Assembly: GCA_025558095.1 (NCBI GenBank) | Contig: JAIVFI010000034.1 | Coordinates: forward strand, 310,001-374,000 | Reading direction: 5' to 3' | Source: Hyaloraphidium curvatum SAG 235-1 | Taxonomy: Eukaryota > Fungi > Monoblepharomycota | DNA length: 64,000 bases | Shown here: one piece after another, positions 8,584 through 19,089 of the stretch | How the letters are laid out: each line of letters starts with the position of its first letter | How positions within the stretch are numbered: position 1 is the first letter of the stretch | Translations under genes and position numbers: made by a program | The notes under the pieces: model-generated | Told to the model about the DNA's origin: nothing | Seen by the model: only the letters and a program-made list of their open reading frames with translations | Database searches by the model: none

Positions 8584-8830
8584 AGCGATGTAGCGTCGAA
8601 GAGCCGAGTTTCGAAGCGGATTTTCGAGCTGGACGGGAAGCAGGTCGAGGTGCTGCGGGGATCGCAGCTGCCGCCGGGGCCGGGCAGGGCGTTCTGGGAT
8701 GCGGTGGAGGTCAGGGAGGACGGGACGGGGGTGGTGATTGTGGAGATCGACTAGTGCAAGGTGGCGGGGTTGCGTTCTTTTTCATTTCATCGGCAAGCCG
8801 CCGAACTACATCTAGAGACGGGTATCGTGC
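8584..8830 (+). ncRNA. Candidate Fanzor omega-RNA scaffold / element right end
   Basis: Directly 3' of the Fanzor-like ORF; stems GCTGCG/CGCAGC (8652-8668) and GGCGG..TTGC/GCAA.CCGCC (8763-8802), then CTAG (8812-8815). Positional inference only. Confidence 0.35.
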
Positions 8831-8882
8831 AGACGAAGGCCCATACATTACACCCGCGGTCTTCTGGACACGTCGGTCCTCT

Positions 8883-10398
8883 TCATTGCTTCCGCCTCCT
8901 CGCACCGCCGGCGATCGCCGTCCCGTTTGTCGCGGCCGCCGCCGCCGGTACCTCCGCGGCCTTCCCTGCCTCCGCGGCAAACAGCGGCACCGCCGTCCCG
9001 CCCCACCTGACGCTGAACCTGCCTCCCCTCCAATCGATCTCGGACCCCACGACCCCCGCGCACCACAGCGGGAACGCGAGCAGCTCCCGCGCGCACCACG
9101 CCAGGACGAGCTGCCACGCCGGCCGCCCTGCAGGCGCGCGGCGGTGCGACGCGCGCCAGATGACGAGGTCCGCGAGGGCCCAGAGGGAAAAGTGGGCGAG
9201 GAGGAAGAGGTCCGGCCGGGGGAAGCCGGCGGTGCGGAGGGCGAGGGCGGCGCAGAGGCCGAGGAAGACGGATTCCGTAAGGGGTTCGAGGACGGTGGCA
9301 GCGGGTTCCGTGAACTTGCGGACGCGGATCCAACGGAGGCGGCGGGTCCAGTAGTCGCGGAAGCGCATGGTCGGGGAGAGATGCTGGTAGGCGAGGTCAG
9401 GAGTCATGGCGTGCCTAGATCAAACCGTCAGTCCTCAAACAAAAAGAGTTACCAAATCGACAGCTCACCTCTTGCCGTTGTTCCAAAACAGCTTGGCGAT
9501 CGAGTTGTCCTCGGCCAGGTTGTCCTTAAAGTCCTCGATCCCCGTCCCCCCCGTGAAGCGCTCCAGCAAGTCCTTGCGGTACAGACACGATTTGCCGATA
9601 ACGCACGACGCGATCCCGATCCAGTTGAAAAAGGTGTACATCTTCGCATGCGCGGTTCCGAGGAAAGCGGCCTCCAGCATCGCGCCGACGCCGCAGCTGC
9701 CCGAAGGGAGCACACCGACCGGCAGGTGGTGGACCAGCTCGGCGCCGTCCACCACGGCCTCGACCGCGCGAAGCAGCACGTCGCGGTCAGCGAGGAGGAC
9801 GTTCGAGTCGATCGTCCACACGAGGGGGTGGCGCGCGGCGCGGAACGGTTTGGCGAGGTTGCGGACCTTTGGGTTCTTGCCGGCGGCCAGCTCGCCCACA
9901 AAAACCTCGGCGACGTCCGGAAACTCCTCTTTCAGTTCGCGGGCGATGGGAAGCGCGGGGTCCGCGGCGTCGGCGACGCTCATGATGACCTGCAGCTTCC
10001 CGTCGGGGTATCGCTGGTCCAACGACGAGCGCAGGTTTTCCCGCAGGTTGGCGTCGACGCCCTTGAGCGGGCGGAGGATCGTGACGCCGGGGAGCAGGGC
10101 GGCGTCCTCGGGGACGCCAGGGTCCAGCCGGGGCGGGGGTGGCGGCCGGGAGTAGCGGCGGTACCTGGGAACCAGCCGGTCAGCAGGGGTTCCGGGTCAG
10201 CCGGCAACCGGCCCCTCACATGTTAATCGTGCCGATGAGGCTGATCACCGTCATGACGCCGTACCAGACCGCGATCCCGCCGACAAAGGCGCGCTGGGGC
10301 AGCGGCAGGGCGTCCATTGCGGCGCGCAGCTCGCCCATCTGCGCGACCAGGGGCGCCGCGTCGCCGCTGGCGAGCAGCTGCCAGCCGGAGGTGTTCAT
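8883..10398 (-). CDS. GCS1: Ceramide glucosyltransferase (glucosylceramide synthase, GT21)
   Basis: N-terminal TM helix; GVTILRPLKGVD, KNPKVRNL, VWTIDSNV, CVIGKS, LAEDN, RRLRWIRVRK; two introns. Confidence 0.92.
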
Positions 10399-10742
10399 CT
10401 GCGGCCGGGGCGCGGCCGGGCGGGATGTTGCGGGACGGGCCGGGGCAGATGGGGACGGCGGGCAGGGCAAGGGGAGCCGGCGGCTGCCACGCCGGGTGGC
10501 CGCTGAGGGCGGCGGGGCCCGCGCGCCTTAAATGAGCACTGTCAGGCCGGAATGCCGGGGGAACCGCCAATCTTGAGCTTTTCCAGACCAGGGACTGGCG
10601 AAGCGAGCGCGTGACTCGATCACGATCGGAAACCCGAAAGGGCGGAGGAAGTTGGACGCAAACGATCTTTGCTATGAGCTCCTCCGTCACGCGCACCGAT
10701 TCCCTCGCGGTCCCCGGCCGCGCCCGCACGCCGGACCCGGCC

Positions 10743-12336
10743 ATGTCGCTGCCCCGCCCAAACAACCCGCTGTGGGCCGCGCGGCCCGACAAGCTGCGCA
10801 CCCCGGCCGCCTCGCCGCGTCTGCCAGGGTCACAGTCACATCGGTCCCTCTGTGGGTGTGGGGTGGCCGACGACGCCACGGACCATTCGCACGACGAGGG
10901 GTCTGCCATCAGCGACGAGACCCTCGCCGTGCCGTGCTGTTTCTTCGACGGCGTCTCGTCGCGGGCTGCCTGCAACCTCGAGGGGTGCTTCCTGCTGGGA
11001 GAGGGCATGGCGAAGGTCGCGGCCTGCCCCTTCGACCCCGTGACCAAGTCTGGCATCGTCAACGTCGGCAGCGCCGAGAACCGGCTGATGGTGCCCGAGA
11101 TCCTGGAGAAGCTCAACTCGATGGAGCTCAAGTTCACGAAAGACATGCTCGGCTACGGGAGCTACCACGGCAGCCTCGCTCTGCGGACCTCGGTCGCCAA
11201 TTTCGTCAATCGCCACTTCGCCTGCGCGGAACCCCTGAACCCCATCCACGTCGCCGCTTTTGCCGGCTGCGCATCGACGCTCAGCGCGCTGTTCCAAGTC
11301 ATTGCCGATCCAGGCGACGGCGTTTTGCTTGCCGGCCCTTTCTTTGGAGGGTTCGACCAGCATCTCCGGCTGGCTTCGCGAGCACGGCCCGTCATTGTCC
11401 AGATGGATCCGGACGACGGCTTCAAAGTTTCGGTCCCCCGGTTGGAACGCGCGCTGGACCGCGAGCTCGAGCGGGGCCTCCCCGTCCGCGCCCTGCTCCT
11501 CTGCAACCCCAACAACCCGCTCGCATTCGTGCACACCCGCGAAGAGCTTATCGAGATCATGGAGTTCTGCGCCCGGCGGAATCTTCATTTGGTCGTAGAC
11601 GAGATTTATGCTTGCAGTTCGTTCGGCGCGCCCTTCACGTCGTCGCTCGCGATCAGGCCCGAGGAGGTGCCCGGCGGTTTTTCGCCGAACCGCCTGCACG
11701 TCGTCTGGGGACTCTCCAAGGACTTTGCGATGAACGGATGTGGGTGGCCTCGTTCGAATTCGCTATTAGTTTGATCTGACGACGCCTCCAGTCCGAGCCG
11801 GATTCGCAATCACCCGTGCCCCGCGCGTGATCGCCGCGCTGCACCGCATCGCCTTCTTCCACAACTTCCAGGCCCCCATGGACAACTTAATCGCGCGGTT
11901 GCTCGCCGACGACGCCTGGTGCGACGGGTTCCTCCGCGCCAACAACGCCAAGCTCCACGAGACCTACTCGCGGCTGTCCGAGTGGATGGACGAGCGCGGA
12001 TGGACGTACCTGCGGGCGGGTGGGGGGTTCTACGTCTTTGTGGACTTTTCGCGCTGGGTGCGCAAGCTGGGGTGGCAGCCCCCGGAGGCCGGGTCGCCTG
12101 CGGACGAAGAGGAGGAAGAGGAGGACGCCGCGGCGGGGGACCGCACCGCGGAGAGGCAGCTCTGGCACCGGTTCCTCGATGCCGGGGTCTACATGGCACC
12201 AGGTGAGGGGTTCGGGGTGCCCGCGACCCAGCTGGGTTGGTTCCGGCTGGTGTTCGCGCTGGATTGGGCCGAGCTGGAGCTGGCGCTGGAAAGGATGCAG
12301 GGGGTCCTGGATGCTATCGACAAGGAGAGCAAGTGA
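10743..12336 (+). CDS. ACC-synthase-like class I/II PLP aminotransferase
   Basis: PFDPVTKSGIVNVGSAENRL, LCNPNNPL, LVVDEIY, WGLSKDFAMNG (PLP Lys), PG..F..GWFRLVFA; intron near 11740-11791. Confidence 0.85.
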
Positions 12337-12447
12337 CGGCAGTCGGTCTTTGTACAGAATCACTAGTAGTAGTTCAATGTAACGCTACAATACCCGTGCA
12401 GATCAGCGGTGGAGCGTCCACGACTCCACAAGCATTTGTCCAGAGTT

Positions 12448-15400
12448 CTATGTTCTCGAAGGCGAAGCAGCGGGATCGGGCAGGCCCTGTCCCAGTCCTT
12501 CGCCTTCATCGTGCGCGCCGTGAGGCGCCGAAACGTCCGACCCGTAGTCGCCGACGGATCCGCGATGGCGGCTGGATGCCGACCCCAGCCAGTTCCGGTG
12601 TTCCCCGTCGTCCGCCGAAGACGAGGCGCGGGAATGCACGTGCTCCACGGCATCCTTCATGCCGGGCTCCGCGGCAAAGGCAAATCCGGAGTAGGGCACG
12701 GCTTCCGCGGGACGGTCCAAGTAGACGAGGTTCGCCTGGGATGACGGACCTTGGCCCCGAGCGACGCGAGCCTTTAAGGCCGAAAAGGAGGTGGTGATTG
12801 AGCGAGAGAAGGAGGAAGCCACTCGGCGGAGGCGGAGGAGGCTGTCGAAGGATTCGGAGCCGGTCGGTCGATTTGAGAGGGAGGCTGAGGCGTTTGAAAA
12901 GTCGGCAGGGGCAGATGACTTTGCTGACGTTAATCCCTGTGTGTTGCTCGATGCTTCAGGCGCCGTTAGCTTCTCCCAAGAGGCGTAGAGCTGATCCAGA
13001 TCGTTGCTGGACCAAATGTCGGCGCCGTGCAGCACCGGACTCTGGATCCGGAACTTCTCGATCTCCCTGACGATGCCTGAATCGGTCGGAACGAATTCCT
13101 GGCGCACGTACTCCGAAAGGAAGCGCGGGAGGAAGGCAGCCACGGTGCACAGCGCCCATTGCAGCCAGAAGGCCGGCATCGTAAGCAGCTGCGGAATCGT
13201 CCCGTAGGCCAAGCTTTCTGGAAGGCCCCAGTAGACAAAGGTGAAGCAAAGGAAGATGGCAAGGGTGATGCCCAGGGAGCCCATGATGATCCAAGTCCAA
13301 CGCTTGGCGATGAACAGGATGTACAGGTTGCCGTTGATGATGAGCATCCACGCGAGGAGGTTGCCGAGCTGGGTCTTGTCCGAGGAGTAGCCGTTCGGGT
13401 CGGGAGTGGCATCTTCGAAGAGGAAAATGCAGCCGAAGAAGTAGACGCACGATTGGTAGATGGCGTCTCCCATGTAGAGCCTGTGGCAGGGAAGTCAGTC
13501 GCCGTGTAGAATCGACCAACTGGCCCAACTCACCAGAAATGCTCGTGCGTGAAAAGAGCCTGCCGGATGCCGACGTCGTACAGCTGCGGGACGGCCATGG
13601 CCGCGCGATCGTTCACGTCCTGCTCGAATATCCCGATCACGAAGTTGGGCAAGAAGGTGAACAGCGTCGAGTAGAACATCCCGAAGACGAAGTCGGTGAT
13701 GTCCGAGGCCGAAAACCCGCAGTAGAACTGGTACCAGAACAGGACAAAGAGCCACAGGATGTTCTTGTAGAAGTAGATGAAGATCATGTCCGAAATGCGC
13801 ATGTAGCACCATCGCCCATGGACCAGGAGCAGCCGTGCAAGGAAGCGGAACTGCGCGATCGTGTAGTCGGACGACATTGCTGCCTGCAGACCTTCCTTTC
13901 CGGTGATGCCGATGCCGATGTTGGCCTGCTGGATCATGTTCACGTCGTTTGCGCCGTCCCCAATGGCCAGGCAGGCGGCACCGAGGCCCTGGCGCACGAG
14001 CTTCGTCACGTCCGCCTTTTGCAGCGGAGATGCCCTGCAGCACATGACCGCACGGCACCGGCAGGCGAGCTCAAGAAAGAGCTCGCGGTTGTCGGGATCC
14101 AGCGCGTACTCGAGGCTGTCGCCGTCGATGATGAGGGCGCGTTCAAATGAGTGGTCTGAGGGCGCTCCAGATGGGTACCAAAAGCTCTTGAGGGCTGTCA
14201 CCATGTTTCGTCGTGCGGCTGCAGCGCTTTGGCACGATTTGATGATGAGAAGCGTCGAGTTCTGATGAAGCAGGTTCGACGCGAAACCAATGTTGATAGC
14301 GGTCTCGAGCTTGTCGCCCGTCAGAACCCAGATCTTGAGGCCGGCCGAACGTAGCTTCTCGATCGCCTGAGGAACGCCATCCTGCAGCTGGTCATCGATG
14401 CCGGTGCAGCCGAGTAGCTGCAGGTCGACTTCGATCTGCTCGGCGACGCGAGCCATTTTCTCGTCGCGGTTTTTCAGCAGGGTCGATGCGGCAACGTAGT
14501 TGCAGTTCCAGGTCGAGTACTCGGCCGCCGGAACCTGGCGGTACGCGACGCAGAGCGTCCGCAGACCCTCGCTGGCAAAGCCGTCGATGTGCGACACCGT
14601 GAGGTCTTCCATGGCTCGCTGGCGCAAGGCAGCAACGCCATTCCCGTAGACGGGGGCGAGCCGCTCGAAGATGACCGAGTCCGCACCCTTGCAGAACAGG
14701 AATATCTTGCCGTCGTCGGCTTTGGCTATGACGCTCATGCGCTTCCTTTCGCTCGTAAACTCGAGAACGTTGAGGACCGTGAAGACGCGCTCCTTGCCGA
14801 GAGCAAGGATTGTTATCTCGGTGTCCTTCCTCCCGAGAAAGACGAAACCCGAGTCCCTGGCGGCCGCCACCAAAGCTTCCTCGTCCGGACTTTGCGCCTT
14901 GTAGTTGATAATCGTCCGCGGCTGACCGGGCCCCTCCTTCTTGAGCTCCACGAGCACGGTGTGGCACACGGCCAAATGCGTCCAGAACATCTGCAGCCGC
15001 CGCATCTGCTCGCGGCCGCTGTCACCCGACAAGTCTCTCCACATGCGTTCGTCCGCAAAAGTGGGATCCTTTGAGATGTGGCGGCGAGCTTGCGGAGGGA
15101 GGACCCTGCGCATCGCCTTCCGCGCACTGCGCTTGGCGTCTTCCCAGTCGGCCTGCCCTCCCGCACTCTCGGGCCCATCGTAGGCGTCCGCACCGACGAA
15201 CGCACGCTGCTCTGTGAGGAAACCGCCACCATAGACGATGCCGTTGACCGAGCACTTTCGAAACTCCATGAGGTTCTGCGTCAGCGTTCCCGTCTTGTCC
15301 GAGAACACAAACTCGATCTGGCCCAGATCATCGGACAGATTCCAGGTCCGAGGCGTGGCGCGCGAAAGCTGCATCGACTTAAAGTCATCTGCGGACGCAG

Positions 15401-17374
15401 CTCCGGCTTCAACGATGGGCTGAGCCAGGAAGTCGTCAAAGTAGATGAAGAGCGCCTGCGAGGCCAATCAGATGTTGACCAGCGGAGGCAACGAGATTGC
15501 TCACCTGCAGGGTCTTGCCCAAATCGGCGCTGATGTACAGAGCAAGGGGGATAATGTTTTGAAACATGATCATGCAGTTGAAGAAGATGAAGGTGGTGGA
15601 GGAGGCCGTGTTGTCCTGCGGATTGCTAGGAGTCCAGGGCGCAAACGTGAAGTTGAAGGAGTTGGCGTAGATGTAATGCGTGATCGCACAGGTGAGGCTC
15701 ATGCAGATGAGGATGAGGATGTTGAGGACCACTTGGGGGTTCATCTTGCGCTCAACGAGTGAGCGCTTGGAAGGGGTTGCTCCGGCGTTGCGGATGATTT
15801 TGGCGTCAGATCCGGTATAGACGACCAGGGCGATGCACCAGTGCGTGTTCCGAATCACGGAGCCCCGCAGCACGAGGTTCGTCAGGGTCAGGGGAGCGAC
15901 GGTGCTCGTGAGCGTCGCCACCCGCAGGTCAGATGTCGACGTGTTGATCTCCTCCATCACACCCTGGAACGAGTGCAGGTTCTCGGACGGCTGTTCGGCG
16001 TCCATCTTCAGCATCACGCGGCGACAACTCGCGGCGTCCCGCATGTGGTGGTTCACAGTCATGATCGGGCTGCGCCGGACCTTGAGGTTCGTCTCGCCGT
16101 CCAGATTCCGGGTCTCGACGAATATCATGCCGTCTTGCTCCGAGGACGACAGCACCACGCAATCCGCAGGGACCGGATCACCGTCCTGCAAAAGGAGGAT
16201 GTCCCCGACAACGACGTCCTGCCATGAAACGTCGCCCCATCCGTCCAGGAGCCCCGAAAACTCTTCCGCGTCCGCGGCGAGTTCCAGCTCGTCCTCCAGG
16301 AGATCCAGTTCACCGAGACTGGCGACTTCGGCATCGACGCCCGCGTCCGCACCACTTTCCGCCGGTCGGGCATCCAAGACCGTGATTTCGGGGCCAACGT
16401 GGGTCGGGTCCGCCGAAGCAACCACACGCTCTGACGCAGCAGGGACCCCGATCGCCTGTGAGGGCGAACGCTGCACCGGCACTGCCCCGTCGAGTTCCAG
16501 ATCGGGAACAGATAGCAGAGGGCCAGTTTGTGACCGCGTGCGTACCCGACCGACATTACGACCGACCGTCGCAGACGGAGATTTCGGTGCTGGCTGCCGC
16601 CGAAAGACGGCGCTGAAAAGCGTCCGCAGCAGCTTCCAAACGAGATTCAGCAGCGCCTCAATCCATAGCACGGGGTTGAGCTCCCTCAGACCGATGGAAA
16701 TGCCACCCCGAACGTTCGGGTTGGTCCACGGGCGCCCATCTGGACCGAGGAGCCGCAGTGTCCGCCGCTCGTTCAGCTCCTTGTCCTGTTTGTGGCGCTC
16801 CCAGTCTTCTATCCCGTTCTTGATCGCGACGACCGTCACGATGAAGGTGAGCGGGGCCGCTGTCACGATCGGGCTCGTGTACTGGAACTGCGGGAACAGT
16901 TGGAGGATGATGAGGAACAGGAAGTAGGCGTTGGCGAAGGACCGGAACTGCTCGTAGAGGTTCTGCAGACAAAACAGCAATCAGCGCAGGTACGGATGAA
17001 GCGCAAGTGCCGCCCACCTTGGGTATGAACGTCACGAGCGTGTACTTGCTCGACTTGACCGCGTTCGAGGCATACCGCACCCGCACCCTCCCCTTGTGGT
17101 CGGCCCATTCTCCGTCGGGAGCAGTGTTCACAAAGACCCTCCTCTCTGTCTGGGCCGGGTCCCGGCGCTTCGCCTTGGCGCTTCCAAAGACCGGGAGGTT
17201 TAGGGAGAGCCCAAGGGACAGAATAGAGCTCCGACGCGTCCGTGGGAGCCCTTGCCCCGGCAAAGGGTCGTCCAGAGCATCGGCCTGTAGCCCCGGTGTC
17301 CGCAAATCCTCTGCCTCCGCGGCCCGAGGTGGATCCCGGGCTTCGCCCAGAGGTTCCCCTCCCGGCTCCGCCAT
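12448..17374 (-). CDS. P4-type ATPase phospholipid flippase (Dnf-like)
   Basis: NLDGETNLK, FSDKTGTLT, QSPDEEALV, FTSERKRMS, GLRTL, TGDKLETA, IGDGANDV, FYKN; several introns. Confidence 0.95.
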
Positions 17375-17688
17375 GCCCCGGGCTGCTACCGAGAGAACAC
17401 GACGGCGGATGCCGGGACTTTTGTAGAACCCATCGCAGTTGCCAATTTGGCCCGGTGGCGGTCCATCGTGCCTTTGGCGAGGCCGCCACGAAACGTCACC
17501 GTCCCCGCACGCGCCACTGCGGCTCAGCGTGCATCATCGATCGACCACTCATCGACCACAAACCACGGATAGAGGATTCCGCTAATTGATATTGAGATCC
17601 AGTACAGTTTGGGCTCGGAAAGATGGACGGGCCCATCACTCGCCATCCCTCCCGCTCTTTCTTCTGTTTCCCCATCCAGAAAGATGAC

Positions 17689-18817
17689 TTAGGCAGCGGC
17701 AGCAAAGGCGCCGCTGAGCTGAACGTAGGCGGAGATGAGACCGAGGATGCCGATCTGGACGTCCGACAGGAGACCCAGGTCGGGCCTCGACATGTGGAAC
17801 TGTCGAAGGATACGGGGGATCAGCCCTCCGAATCACACAAAGCCCGCGAATTTGACTAACGAAGATGGGAGTGAGGGCGGCGTTGTTGATGAAGCGCATG
17901 GTCCAGCCGGCCTTCTCGTCGCGGAGCTTGCCGAGGCCCTTCTGCCTCTCGGCGCTGTCCGTGACGGTCAGGGCCTGCGATTCCCTGGCGATGATGCCCT
18001 GGCGCTCCTGGTACAGGATCAAGAAGCCGATGAGGAGGTTGCCGAGCATGGCGCGGACCGAGCGCAGCGCGTGCTGGCCGGCGCGGGCGGGCTCCATCTT
18101 GATGACACCCTTGCCGCCGAGCCAGGCGAGGTGCTCAGAGAAGAAGTAGACGAGCATGCACGCGAGCTGAGCGCGGCGCAGGTTCAGGCTGCAGTTCGTG
18201 GCGATCAATAGAGTCCCAGGAGTTGGCCGCCTCGCAGGACCCACGCGACAGCGTCGGCCGGGGGCGAGTTCTCGAGCCTGACGAGGCCGGCAATGACAGG
18301 CAAAGAGCCGGGCAGGCGGAGCGCAAACCGCGCGTCGTTGAGCGAGGCCGAGAGGGCCGAGACCTGCTTGGTGAGCTCAGGGTTGCCGGTCTTGTTCAGG
18401 TACCAGTTGATGAGCCTGGCACCGAACGTGTAGGTCTGTGCGGAGCGATCAGACGCCATTCGGCAACAGAAAAGGGCGGAGCTGGCCGGGGGCTACCCAC
18501 CATGAACATCTTGTCGATGCCATTGGTCGTGGCCGTGACCTGCAGTCCGTGCGCCAGTCGAAAGAAGACGGCACGAAATAGGATGCGTTCCGCGATGATG
18601 ATGGCCACCGGAGCATCGATGAAGACGCCAGAGACGATCGCGAAGGGCAGCGGCCGGTTGAATTTGTGCCGAACGGGACGGGATCGGGAACGCGTCAGAG
18701 CGAATCCCGGGGCGGCGCGCGCCCGGAGCGCATTGCGGCGATGCGCACCTTGTTGAAGCGCTCGAGCTCGGGCTTCGGGGCGCCCAGGAGCTGCGCGAGG
18801 ACCGTCTTGTTCGACAT
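17689..18817 (-). CDS. PEX11: Peroxisomal membrane protein Pex11 family
   Basis: Spliced product ERFNK|VTATTNGIDKMF, SASLNDARFALRLPG, YFFSEHLAWLGGKGVI, C-terminal IGILGLISA helix. Confidence 0.75.
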
Positions 18818-19089
18818 TGCTGGAGGCGCGATTACGTGGCCCGGTGCGCGTCAGCTGGCTCGCGGGTCGCGGGGCGGCGCGGCGGCACGGGCGGCAGCGA
18901 CGTACCGGGAAGCGAAGGCGGGCGAGGCGAGGAGTCGGCAGTCGGCGCTGACGGTGCAGACTTGTCTGGATCGAGGACCAAGAACCGTGCGGTGCACCAG
19001 CCGAGGTCGGCGTCGAGGTGCCGGGGCGGCTCGGAACAGGCCGCCACTTCACGGCCCCAACACCGCTTTTCCCCTCGCAACGCGCCGCG

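Larger units (their letters stand above)
1..8815. mobile_element. Putative Fanzor-carrying mobile island (left boundary unknown, possibly outside window)
   Basis: Run of orphan nucleic-acid-domain genes ending in a Fanzor-like gene and hairpin+CTAG, then an abrupt switch to conserved housekeeping genes. No transposase seen in the window. Confidence 0.35.

Noticed and set aside
8719-8741. Partial inverted match (GGTCAG..CGGGACG..GGGG) to 5542-5566 as a terminal inverted repeat
   Set aside because: Short, gapped and GC-rich, with no terminal AGGG-TTAA; compatible with chance.
1-8883. CRISPR array or Cas12 interpretation of the RuvC gene
   Set aside because: No repeat-spacer array seen, the context is eukaryotic, and the rearranged Glu motif fits Fanzor.
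8346-10226. 626-aa plus-strand ORF
   Set aside because: Arg/Gly-rich off-frame and antisense shadow over the Fanzor 3' end and GCS1.
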